Assembly (NCBI GenBank): GCA_964291285.2
Contig: OZ219788.1
Location: 160,001-224,000 of the forward strand
Origin: Alphaproteobacteria bacterium
GTDB lineage: Bacteria > Pseudomonadota > Alphaproteobacteria > Bin95
Length of the DNA: 64,000 nt
Direction: 5' to 3'
Part shown: positions 39,642-48,310 of the stretch, piece by piece
Layout: every line of letters begins with the position of its first letter
Numbering within the stretch: the first letter of the stretch is position 1
Notes under the pieces: model-generated
Told to the model about the DNA's origin: nothing
Databases searched by the model: none
What the model saw: only the letters and a program-made list of their open reading frames with translations
Program-made: the position numbers and the translations under genes

Positions 39642-40343
39642 CTATGCGGCGTCGTGGAAGATGATGCCGAGGGTGAAGCGTTCGCCCGAACGGACCCGAG
39701 AGACGCCGTGGCGCATCTCGGCGCGGGCATGGCCGCGCCTGCCGGCTACCGGCCGGTCACGCACGGGGAATACCACCATATCGCCCTGCCTCAGCTGCAC
39801 CGCCTCGCCCATCGCCTGCATCCGCATCCGGTTCTCGACCAGAAGGAACTCGCCGCCGGTGAAGTCGGTTCCGGGTTCCGAGAGCAGGAAGGTTGCCTGG
39901 AACGGAAAGGCTAGTTCCCCGTACAGGTCGCGGTGCAGCCGGTTGTAGCCGCCTTCCCGGTAGCGCAGCAGCAGGGGCGTCGGCTTCGTCTGCCCCGCCG
40001 CATGGCATTCGGCCCGGTAGGCCGCGTGGCCGGGCGGATAGCGCGCCTCCCTGCCGAGCCGGGCCATGGCTTCGTCGGCAAGCGGCGCGAGATGGCGGTA
40101 AAGCCCCTCGCGCAGCGCCCGGACCGCGTCCGGCAACGGGTCGGCGAAATAGGCATAGGCGCCCTCTCCGTAACCGTGCCGCGCCATGACGATCCGCCGC
40201 CGGAACAGCTCGTCCCGCTCCCAGCAGCCCCGGAAGGCCGCGCACGCATCGCGGGAAAGCACGCCCTCCGCCCGCGCATGGCCCCGCTCCAGCAAGGCGG
40301 CCCCGAGCGCCGGCCAGTCCAGCCTGTCGATCGCATTGCTCAT
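39642..40343 (-). CDS. 2OG-Fe(II) oxygenase (prolyl hydroxylase-like)
   Basis: PTPLLLRY..GGYNRLHRDLYG, FTGGEFLLVE, MRHGVSRVRSGERFTLGIIFHDA; start at MSNAID. Confidence 0.9.
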   Translation of the reverse strand: MSNAIDRLDWPALGAALLERGHARAEGVLSRDACAAFRGCWERDELFRRRIVMARHGYGEGAYAYFADPLPDAVRALREGLYRHLAPLADEAMARLGREARYPPGHAAYRAECHAAGQTKPTPLLLRYREGGYNRLHRDLYGELAFPFQATFLLSEPGTDFTGGEFLLVENRMRMQAMGEAVQLRQGDMVVFPVRDRPVAGRRGHARAEMRHGVSRVRSGERFTLGIIFHDAA

Positions 40344-40630
40344 GTTCGCCGGGCTACCGCCCCGGCCGCCGCCCGTCCACCCGGATTCGGACTTTTCCGC
40401 GCCGATACCCGCGGCCTGGCGCGATCCGTTCGGGTTGAAACGGCCTTGCGCGGTTTCGCACCCTTCCCGCACAGCCGGTTGCTTCCCCGTTTCTTTCGCA
40501 CGCCGCCTCGCGGGGACAGGCGGGGGGTTGACAGGGTCCCATATAGGTAAGGAGCCGGGTGAAAAACCGGGCAGGGAACGAAGCCGGAGGAAGGGGATCG
40601 TGCGGGGTCCGGGATACGGGTAGGGGCGTA

Positions 40631-40826
40631 GCCGCGGCGGCCTGCGGGCCGCCGCGGCGCGTCCGGGCGCATCGGCCGGCCAACCGGCGAGGTGCGTCCG
40701 GACCTGGGATATGGCGCATCCGGCTTTGCGGACCGGATGCGCATCCGGGATTTCTTCCTGCAGAAAGGTTGAACCCCGGAAACCCGCCGCCATCAGGCGG
40801 CGGGATTCGTTGTTTGACATCGTGAA
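40631..40826. repeat. Cluster of GC-rich inverted repeats in a long intergenic region
   Basis: GCCGCGGCGGCC/GGCCGCCGCGGC, GCGCATCCGG/CCGGATGCGC, CCCGCCGCC/GGCGGCGGG. Confidence 0.6.
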
Positions 40827-40928
40827 CAGGACTTGGCGACGGCGGCGGGAGAGCCGCGCGCTCCGACGGGCGGGCGCGATCCGGGGCGGCGATACGGGGC
40901 CGGGCCGGCCCGAAAGGACCGCGCCCTA

Positions 40929-41780
40929 GGCAGAATCGACATTCATCGCATCCAGAGGATAGCAGAAGCGATGTGTATGAAGGCGAGGAAGTATATTGCT
41001 TTTCGGTCGTATCGGGTTGCGATGCGGCGGAAGTGTTTGATCTTGTTGAAGTAGCGCTCGATGCGGTTTCGGTGTTTGTAGATTTCGGCGTCATAGCCGA
41101 TGAGACGCTTTCGCGTTGGATTGCAGGGGATGACGGCCTCGGCCTCGATGTCGGCGATGCGGTTGCGGATGGCATTGGCGTCGTAAGCAGCGTCGGCGAG
41201 CACATGGCGGGGCCGAAACCCCTCCATCAACGCCAGGGCCTTTGGCGCGTCGCCGGCCTGTCCGGGCGAGAGGATCACGCGGAGCGGTCGTCCGAGAGTG
41301 TCGCAGGCGATGTGTATTTTGGTCGTCAGTCCGCCTCTGGAACGCCCCAGAGCCTGATCCCGGCCCCCCCTTTTCCGGTCGCCGCCTGTTGATGCGCGCG
41401 CACGATGGTGCTGTCGAGCATGAGATAGCCATTGTCGCGATCCGCCGTCAGGGTATCGAACACCCTCTCCCACACGCCCACTTTGGCCCAGCGTGTGAAA
41501 CGCTTGTGCACCGACTTCCACTTCCCATAGCGCGGCGGCAGGTCGTGCCAGTGGGCGCCCGAACGAAGCACCCACAGAACCGCGTTGACGAACAACCGGT
41601 TGTCTGCTCCCGAACGCCCCGGATCGCCCGGCTTGCCCAGAAGCAGACCTTCGATGCGGACCCACTGCGCATCCGTCAGCTCATAGCGCTTCACCATACG
41701 CCCAACTCCAACCGAAAATCAGTTGGAGCGTCATGAATCACATAATGTCTTCCCAGGGAATCCTGTATGTCGATTGAACC
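40929..41780 (-). mobile_element. IS5 family insertion sequence (two-ORF type)
   Basis: Imperfect IRs GGCAGAATCGACATTCA / GGTTCAATCGACATACA; CTAG at both junctions (TA duplication). Confidence 0.9.
40943..41697 (-). CDS. IS5 family transposase, orfA (41326-41697) and orfB joined by a probable -1 frameshift
   Basis: orfA LTDAQW...WVLRSGAHWHDLP...MLDSTIVRAH; orfB LGRSRGGLTTKIH...ADAAYD...RNRIERYFNKIKHFRRIATRYD; AAAAGGGGGGG at the junction. Confidence 0.9.
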
Positions 41781-42736
41781 TAGAGGCCGGCGGGGAGCGG
41801 ACGGCCGGCGGCGGCCAGTTTGGCCCTGAGGCGGTCGAGCAGGCCATCGAGTTCGGCGTGGTCCTTCGCGTCCATGCGGGGCCCCGGGTCGCGGGCCCGG
41901 GCCGAGGCGATGGCGCCCCGGCGGCGCAGCACTTCCTTCCGGAGCGCCAGCCCGAAGCCGAATTGGGCTTCGTGCCGCAACACCGGCAGGTAGAGGTCGA
42001 ACAGGTCTTCCGCCTCGTCCGCCCTGCCGTCCTCGAACAGGTGGAACACCTCGACCAGCATGCCCGTGAAGGCGAAGCCGGTCATGATGCCGTCGGCGCC
42101 GCGCGCGAGCTCCTGCGGCACATAGAGGCCGTTATTGCCGGTCAGAATGCTCACCCGCCGCACGCCTTCCGTGTCCGGGGCTTCCCTCAGGCGGGTCAGC
42201 TTGCGGTGGCCGGGGCAGTCCTCATGCTTGAACATCCTGAGCTGCGGGAGCGCCCCGATGAGCCGGTTCACGACCGGAACCGACAGGAACACCGTTGTCG
42301 TCGGCGGGTAGTCCTGGAGGCAGACCGGTATGTCTTCGCCGAGCCGTTCGCCGACCGCCAGGAAATAGCCCTCGACCTGCTCGTCCGTCTTCAGCCCCGG
42401 CATGCCGGCGACCATCACGCCGCCCGCGCCCATGTCCATCGCGCTCTTCGACAGCGCCTCCAGATTGTCCATGCCGGGATTGCTGACCCCGACGATGACC
42501 GGGGCCCGCCCGTCGATCCGTTTCAGCACATGGCGCGTGAACGCGGCCTGCTCCTCCAGCGAGAGCTTCGGCGCTTCGCCCATGACGCCGAGCAGCGTGA
42601 AGCCGTGGACGCCCTCCTCCAGGCAGAACTCGACCAGCCGGTCCGCGCTTTCGAGGTCGAGCGCCCCGTCATCGGCGAACGGCGTCGCCATGATGACGAA
42701 GACGCCCCTGCTCTCCTCCGAAATCAGCCTGGTCAT
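41780..42736 (-). CDS. Dihydrodipicolinate synthase family aldolase
   Basis: GVFVIMATPF, LGVMGE, LQDYP, MFKHED (Schiff-base Lys). Confidence 0.9.
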   Translation of the reverse strand: MTRLISEESRGVFVIMATPFADDGALDLESADRLVEFCLEEGVHGFTLLGVMGEAPKLSLEEQAAFTRHVLKRIDGRAPVIVGVSNPGMDNLEALSKSAMDMGAGGVMVAGMPGLKTDEQVEGYFLAVGERLGEDIPVCLQDYPPTTTVFLSVPVVNRLIGALPQLRMFKHEDCPGHRKLTRLREAPDTEGVRRVSILTGNNGLYVPQELARGADGIMTGFAFTGMLVEVFHLFEDGRADEAEDLFDLYLPVLRHEAQFGFGLALRKEVLRRRGAIASARARDPGPRMDAKDHAELDGLLDRLRAKLAAAGRPLPAGL

Positions 42737-42776
42737 CGCTCGCCTCCCGGCGTGTCATGCGGACGCTGTATCTTCC

Positions 42777-43571
42777 TCAGCCCCGCTCCCACACGACGGG
42801 GAACCAGTCTTCCGGCAGCGGTTCGCCCGGCTCGGCGCGGAGGCCGAGGTCGGGGAAGGGCGGCGAGACGGCGTGGGGGCGTTCGAGATAGCGGGCGTCC
42901 TCGCCGACATAGCGCAGACTGACGGCGCGGCGGCGCACCGCCGAGCGGTTCGGCGGGGCGTTGTGCAGCGTGTGGAAGTCGAAGGCGACCGCATCGCCCG
43001 GCTCCAGGTCGAAGGCGCGGATATCGGCTGCCTGCGCCGCCTCGTCGATATCGGGGAAAGGTTCGTATTCGCTCGTGTCGCCTTCCAGCGCCGCCATCGT
43101 CTTGAAGCGCCGCGGCAGCCAAGCGGTGCGCGAGCGGTGGCTGCCGGCCAGGAAATGCGGGCAGACCCCGGCCCGGACCGGGTCGAGCGGCACCCAGAAG
43201 CTCACCGTCATCGCCCCTGACATGCAGTAATAGGGCATGTCCTGGTGCCACGGCGTCGGCTGCGAGGTGCCGGGCTCCTTCACCAGCACATGCTCGTGGA
43301 AGAACTGGACACGCTCCGCCCCGGTCAACGCCCCGGCGAGGCGCCCGAGCGGCCCCTCGCGACCGACCTCCAGATAGGCGGGGAAGCGTTGCCAGTTCAC
43401 ATAGTCGCCGAAATAGCTGCCCTGCCCCGGCTCGGCATGGTCGCGCCCGTACGGCCCCGGCGATGCCATGTTGGCGGCCACCGCCCCGGCCAGCCGGTCG
43501 AGCCAGCCGGCGTCGAGCACGCCGCGCAGCGCGACGACGCCCTCCTCGCGAAAGGTCTCCGCTTCCCTCAC
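42777..43571 (-). CDS. Phytanoyl-CoA dioxygenase (PhyH) family protein
   Basis: TPWHQDMPY, WVPLD, LEPGDAVAF...LH, RRAVS; GTG start overlaps the upstream TGA. Confidence 0.9.
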   Translation of the reverse strand: MREAETFREEGVVALRGVLDAGWLDRLAGAVAANMASPGPYGRDHAEPGQGSYFGDYVNWQRFPAYLEVGREGPLGRLAGALTGAERVQFFHEHVLVKEPGTSQPTPWHQDMPYYCMSGAMTVSFWVPLDPVRAGVCPHFLAGSHRSRTAWLPRRFKTMAALEGDTSEYEPFPDIDEAAQAADIRAFDLEPGDAVAFDFHTLHNAPPNRSAVRRRAVSLRYVGEDARYLERPHAVSPPFPDLGLRAEPGEPLPEDWFPVVWERG

Positions 43572-44275
43572 AGCGTCAGATGCCGGTCGAGCACGTCGCG
43601 GTTCTCCCGCAAATGGTCCGGCGTGCCGGAATAGACGATCTCGCCTTTCTCCATGATATGGCACATGTCGGAAAGCGCCAGCACGAAGCCGAGATTCTGT
43701 TCCGCAAGGACGATGGAAAGGCCGCTTTCCTTGAGCGTCCGCACGCGCTCGCGCAGCGTCTCCACGACGCGCGGCGCAAGGCCCTCCGAAGGCTCGTCGA
43801 GCAGCAGCAGGCGCGGATTGCCCATCAGCGAGCGGGCGATGGTCAGCATCTGCTGCTGGCCGCCGGAAAGCACGCCGCCCGCCCGGGACTGGATGTCCCT
43901 GAGGTCCGGGAAGAGGTCGAACACCTCGTCCTCGCCCCAGGCCTGCCGCCCCGGCTCCGCCGGCCGGCGCGCGATGTCGAGGTTTTCCCAGACCGTGAGC
44001 TCCGGGAAGATGCGCCGGTCCTCCGGCACGAAGCCGATGCCGAGCTTGGCGACCGTGTGCGGGGCGAGCCCGGCGATCTGCCGCCCCTCCCAGACCACCT
44101 CGCCCTCGGACGGCGGCGTGAGCCCGATCAGCGAGCGCATGGTGGTGGTCTTGCCGACGCCGTTGCGCCCGATCAGCGCGATGCAGGAGCCCTGCCCGAC
44201 CTCGAAGGAGACGCCGAACAGCACCCGCGACAGGCCGTAGGAGGTGTGCAGGTTCCTGGCTTCAAGCTGCGCCAT
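43568..44275 (-). CDS. Branched-chain amino acid-type ABC ATPase (LivF-like)
   Basis: GRNGVGKTT, LSGGQQQM, LDEPSEGLAP. Confidence 0.92.
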   Translation of the reverse strand: MAQLEARNLHTSYGLSRVLFGVSFEVGQGSCIALIGRNGVGKTTTMRSLIGLTPPSEGEVVWEGRQIAGLAPHTVAKLGIGFVPEDRRIFPELTVWENLDIARRPAEPGRQAWGEDEVFDLFPDLRDIQSRAGGVLSGGQQQMLTIARSLMGNPRLLLLDEPSEGLAPRVVETLRERVRTLKESGLSIVLAEQNLGFVLALSDMCHIMEKGEIVYSGTPDHLRENRDVLDRHLTL

Positions 44276-45017
44276 TCGCCGCCTCTTCCTCGCCGAGATA
44301 GACCTGGCGCACCACCGGGTCGCTGCGCACGGCCTCCGGCGCTCCCGACGCGATGATCTCGCCGTGGTGCAGCACCGTGATCCGGTCGGCGATGCCGAAC
44401 ACGACCGTCATGTCGTGCTCGGTGAACAGCAGTGTGAGCCCCCTCGCGTCGGCGATCTCGCGGATCAGCCGGATCGCCTCCTCGGTCTCGCTCGGCGACA
44501 TGCCGGCGGTCGGCTCGTCGAGCAGCAGCACACGGGGGTTTTCGGCAAGCGCAATGGCCAGCTCCAGCTGCTTCTGCTTGCCGTAGGCGAGTTCGCCGGC
44601 GAGCTCGTCCGCCTCTTCGTCCAGCCCGACCAGTTCCAGCAGCCCGCTCGTCTCCGGCCCGCAAAGGCCGGCGGCGAGCCTGAAGAAGCGGAGCTCCTGG
44701 CGCTCGCGGGCGATCAGCGCGACCTGGACATTCTCGAACACCGACATGCGCGGATAGATGTTGATCCGCTGGAAGGAGCGCGCGAGGCCGAGCTTGACGA
44801 TGCGGTGCGGCGGCCGGCCGGTGATGTCGTCGCCCTGGAAGGCGACAGTGCCCCGGTCCGGCAGCAAATGCCCGGTCACAAGGTTGAAGAATGTCGTCTT
44901 GCCGGCGCCGTTCGGCCCGATGATGGCGTGCTTCTCGCCTTCGATGAGCTCGAAGGAGACGTCGTTTATGGCGACGAACCCGCCGAACTGCTTGAACAGG
45001 CCCTCGATCTTCAGCAT
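44262..45017 (-). CDS. Branched-chain amino acid-type ABC ATPase (LivG-like)
   Basis: GPNGAGKTT, LAYGKQKQLE, LDEPTAGM, EHDM. Confidence 0.92.
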   Translation of the reverse strand: MLKIEGLFKQFGGFVAINDVSFELIEGEKHAIIGPNGAGKTTFFNLVTGHLLPDRGTVAFQGDDITGRPPHRIVKLGLARSFQRINIYPRMSVFENVQVALIARERQELRFFRLAAGLCGPETSGLLELVGLDEEADELAGELAYGKQKQLELAIALAENPRVLLLDEPTAGMSPSETEEAIRLIREIADARGLTLLFTEHDMTVVFGIADRITVLHHGEIIASGAPEAVRSDPVVRQVYLGEEEAANGAA

Positions 45018-45021
45018 GGCC

Positions 45022-45963
45022 TCAGCGCCCCCGCAGGATCTGGCGGCGGACCGCCTGCGCCAGCCCCGCCAGCCCCTCCGGCAGGAACATCAGGATCGCC
45101 AGCAGGATCGTCCCCAGCACGAGCGGCCAGTATTCGGTGTATTCGTTGGTGAGCCGTTCGAGCAGGAACAGGCTGGCCGCGCCGATGGCCGGGCCGAAGA
45201 AGGAGTACATGCCGCCCAGCAGCGTCATGATGAGCACGGTCGCGCTCTCCGGCCAGAACGCCGACTCCGTGTACATGCCCCGATGCACCATGGCGAACAG
45301 CGAGCCCGCAATGCCGGCGAAGGTGCCCGCCACGACGAAGGCCCACCAGCGCATCAGCCGCGTGTTGATGCCGACGAAGCCCGCGCGGACCGGGTTCTCG
45401 CGAACCGCCAGCAGCGCGCGGCCGAAGGCGGAGTGGCAGATGACCCAGAGCACCGCCACCGCCGTGGCGATCACGACCAGCGAGAAATAGTAGAACGGCA
45501 CGCGCTCGGCGATGAAGGCGGGCACGTCCACGCCGACGAAACCGTCGTCGCCGCCGGTCATCGAGCGCCATTTGAAGGCCACGCCCCACACCAGCATCGA
45601 GAAGGCGAGCGTCAGCATGGCGAAGTAGATGTCGGTCAGCCGGGTGCAGAAATAGGCGACCACGGCCGAGCAGGCGAAGGAAAAGGCGACGGCGGCGGCG
45701 AACGCCGGCAGCAGCGGCCACTCGTAGGTGGTGAGCAGGATTGCCATGGTGTAGCCGCCGATGGCGAAATAGGCGGCATGGCCGAAGGAGACATTGCCCG
45801 AATAGCCGATGATGACGTTCAGGCTGAGCGCGAACAGCGCGTAGATCATGATCTCGTTGAAGAGGTCGATCAGGTAGTTCGATTCCAGCAGGGGCACCAG
45901 CGCCAGCAGCACGAGCACTGTGAGGCAGGCGGCCAGCACCGGGCGGGTCATGCGGCCGGTCAT
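45022..45963 (-). CDS. Branched-chain amino acid-type ABC permease (LivM-like)
   Basis: VSFGHAAYFAIG, YFAMLTLAF, TGGDDG, AVREN, LLGG. Confidence 0.92.
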   Translation of the reverse strand: MTGRMTRPVLAACLTVLVLLALVPLLESNYLIDLFNEIMIYALFALSLNVIIGYSGNVSFGHAAYFAIGGYTMAILLTTYEWPLLPAFAAAVAFSFACSAVVAYFCTRLTDIYFAMLTLAFSMLVWGVAFKWRSMTGGDDGFVGVDVPAFIAERVPFYYFSLVVIATAVAVLWVICHSAFGRALLAVRENPVRAGFVGINTRLMRWWAFVVAGTFAGIAGSLFAMVHRGMYTESAFWPESATVLIMTLLGGMYSFFGPAIGAASLFLLERLTNEYTEYWPLVLGTILLAILMFLPEGLAGLAQAVRRQILRGR

Positions 45964-45964
45964 G

Positions 45965-46909
45965 TCAGGCGTTGCCTCCCTCGGGCTTGCCGAACAGCCC
46001 CCACGGCCGCACCAGAAGCACCGCCAGCAGGATCAGGAAGGGGAACACGTCCTGCCAGTTGGGCACGATCACCGAGCCGTAGTTGAAGACGAGCCCGTAG
46101 ATGATCGCGCCGATGAAGCTGCCCCAGATCGAGCCGAGGCCGCCGACGATGACGATGACGAAGCAGTCCACGATGATCGTCGCGTCCATGCCGGGCGTCG
46201 GCGAGTTGAAGGGCGCGGCGAGCCCGCCGCCGATGCCGGCCAGCACCGAGCCCAGGATGAAGACGCCGGTGTAGATGATCGGCACATTGACGCCCAGCGC
46301 CGAGAGCATTTCGCGGTCCTGCGTCGCGGCGCGCGTGAGCCGCCCGAAGCGCGTGCGCTCGGTGAACAGCCAGAGCCCGATGGCGATGGCGGGGCCGACC
46401 ACGATCAGGAACAGCCGGTAGGTCGGATAGAAGGTGACGCCCAGATCGACCGCGCCCTTCATGCTCGCCGGATAGGAGACGCTGTACTGGTCCGTCCCCC
46501 AGATGATCTTGGCGACATCGGAGAGGATCAGCACGACGGCGAAGGTCAGGAGCAGCTGCATGAGATGCTCCTTGTCGTAAATGTACTGGAAGAGGCCGCG
46601 CTCGATGACGACCGCCATGACTGCGAGGCCGAGGCCGGCGGCCGCGACGCCCAGCCAGAAATTGCCGGTCCATTCTTGGGCGACGGAATAAACGATATAG
46701 GCGCCGAACATGTAGAACGCGCCATGCGCGAAATTGATGACGCGCAGGACGCCGAAGATCAGCGACAGGCCCGCGGCGATGATGAACAGGTTCATCGCCT
46801 GCGAGAAGGAATTCATCAGCTGGATGAAGGCGAAAGACGGGTTGGACAGCAAAGCCGCCAGCCCCGGATTGCCCAGGTCCTGCTGCGCGAACTGGACGAT
46901 GGAGTCCAC
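45965..46909 (-). CDS. Branched-chain amino acid-type ABC permease (LivH-like)
   Basis: GLSLIFGVLRVINFAHG, VGGLGSIWG, VRPWGLFG. Confidence 0.92.
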   Translation of the reverse strand: MDSIVQFAQQDLGNPGLAALLSNPSFAFIQLMNSFSQAMNLFIIAAGLSLIFGVLRVINFAHGAFYMFGAYIVYSVAQEWTGNFWLGVAAAGLGLAVMAVVIERGLFQYIYDKEHLMQLLLTFAVVLILSDVAKIIWGTDQYSVSYPASMKGAVDLGVTFYPTYRLFLIVVGPAIAIGLWLFTERTRFGRLTRAATQDREMLSALGVNVPIIYTGVFILGSVLAGIGGGLAAPFNSPTPGMDATIIVDCFVIVIVGGLGSIWGSFIGAIIYGLVFNYGSVIVPNWQDVFPFLILLAVLLVRPWGLFGKPEGGNA

Positions 46910-46931
46910 CGGCGGGCTCCGTTCCTGTATC

Positions 46932-46969
46932 GAAAAAGGGAAAACGCGGCCGGCCGGGAGGCCGGCCGC
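46932..46969 (-). terminator. Intrinsic terminator-like hairpin after the substrate-binding gene
   Basis: GCGGCCGGCC-TCCC-GGCCGGCCGC followed by GTTTTCCCTTTTT on the minus strand. Confidence 0.7.
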
Positions 46970-46984
46970 ATTCCTTGCAGGCCG

Positions 46985-48157
46985 CTACTCTTCGATGACC
47001 GCCGGAATGAAGGTCACGGGGTCCATCACGCGGTAGTCCACGCCTTCCTTCTTGACCATCGGGCCCCAGAACTGGCCGGTGTCGGCCTGGTGGGTCTCCG
47101 GGTCGATGGTGCGCGGGCCGACCGGCGTCGAGATGCTCATGCCCTTCAGCGCGCCGGCGAGCGCGTCCGCGTCCATCGAGCCGGCCTTCTCGGCCGCGGC
47201 CGCGATGAATTTCACGCCGATATAGGCGAGCACCGGCCACATCGCGGTTTCCCTGGTGCCGGAGCGCTCCGCCAGCGCCTCCTGGAAGGCGACATGGCTC
47301 GGATCGTGGTGGTGGTACCAGAGCTCGTAGGTGTTCGACCACACATTGTCCGGATAGTCGCCCTTCATCTTGCCGGCGATCTCATGGCTCGCGATCTCGC
47401 CGCCCGAGATGTATTTGATCTGGTTGAAGAGGCCGAACGGGCTGCCCTGCTGGGCGAAGTTGACGAAGTGCGAGCCCCACAGGCCGCTGGTCACGCCGTC
47501 GCAGCCCGCGCCCATGATCTGCGAGATGAAGGCGTTGTAGTCGGTCGCCCCGAGCTTGACCCGCAGGTCGAGCACCTTCTCCGCATCCGGCGCATGGCGC
47601 TTCAGACCCTTCTCGATGCCGGCGGCGAGGTCGTGGCCGTAGGCATAGTCGAGCTGGATGTCGCAGATCTTCTTCAGGCCGAGCTTGGCGACGATCTGGC
47701 CCATCGCATCGCCCTCGAAATCGGTATGCGAGGCGGTGCGGAAGACATGGGCGTGGCGCTTCTCGGTGGTGAGCTTGATCGTCTTCGGGATCGTCGCGAC
47801 ATAGACGACGCCCTCCTGGCGCGCGACCTCGGAGATCGCGAGGCCGACGGCCGAAGAGAGCCCGCCGACCAGCACATTCACACCGTCCTTGGTAATCAGC
47901 TCCTTGGCGGCGGCCGAGGCGGCGGCCGGCTTCAGCTTGGTGTCGCGGGCGAAGCTCACGATCTTCTTGCCGAGGATGCCGCCTGCGGCATTGAGTTCGT
48001 CCACGGCCATATTGTGGCCGTGCATCGCCGGCTCGCCGTAAACGGCTCCCGTTCCGGCTATCGGGTAGAGCACCCCGATCCTGATCTCGTCGGCCTGGAC
48101 GGCGCCCGCGGTCAGGACCGCCGCCGCCGCTGTCGCAACAAGAAGCGAACGTCTCAT
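46985..48157 (-). CDS. ABC substrate-binding protein (Leu/Ile/Val-binding family)
   Basis: Signal peptide, IRIGVLYPIAG, ELNAAGGILGKK, DYAYG. Confidence 0.92.
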   Translation of the reverse strand: MRRSLLVATAAAAVLTAGAVQADEIRIGVLYPIAGTGAVYGEPAMHGHNMAVDELNAAGGILGKKIVSFARDTKLKPAAASAAAKELITKDGVNVLVGGLSSAVGLAISEVARQEGVVYVATIPKTIKLTTEKRHAHVFRTASHTDFEGDAMGQIVAKLGLKKICDIQLDYAYGHDLAAGIEKGLKRHAPDAEKVLDLRVKLGATDYNAFISQIMGAGCDGVTSGLWGSHFVNFAQQGSPFGLFNQIKYISGGEIASHEIAGKMKGDYPDNVWSNTYELWYHHHDPSHVAFQEALAERSGTRETAMWPVLAYIGVKFIAAAAEKAGSMDADALAGALKGMSISTPVGPRTIDPETHQADTGQFWGPMVKKEGVDYRVMDPVTFIPAVIEE

Positions 48158-48310
48158 GGTTTGCAACCTCCCGATGAATAGGCCGGTTTGTCCGGACCCT
48201 GCTTTAGCCTCGGCGACTTTACGCCGGCTCCCGCGAGACAAGCAACTGTCCCGTCTGGGCACGCATCGACGCTCCCGTCCGCCGCCCGCTCATGTTATGA
48301 AGCGGGCCTT

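Noticed and set aside
39642-40820. 392-aa extended 2OG-Fe(II) oxygenase
   Set aside because: The first ~160 codons translate hairpin-rich intergenic DNA; the recognisable protein starts at MSNAID (40343).
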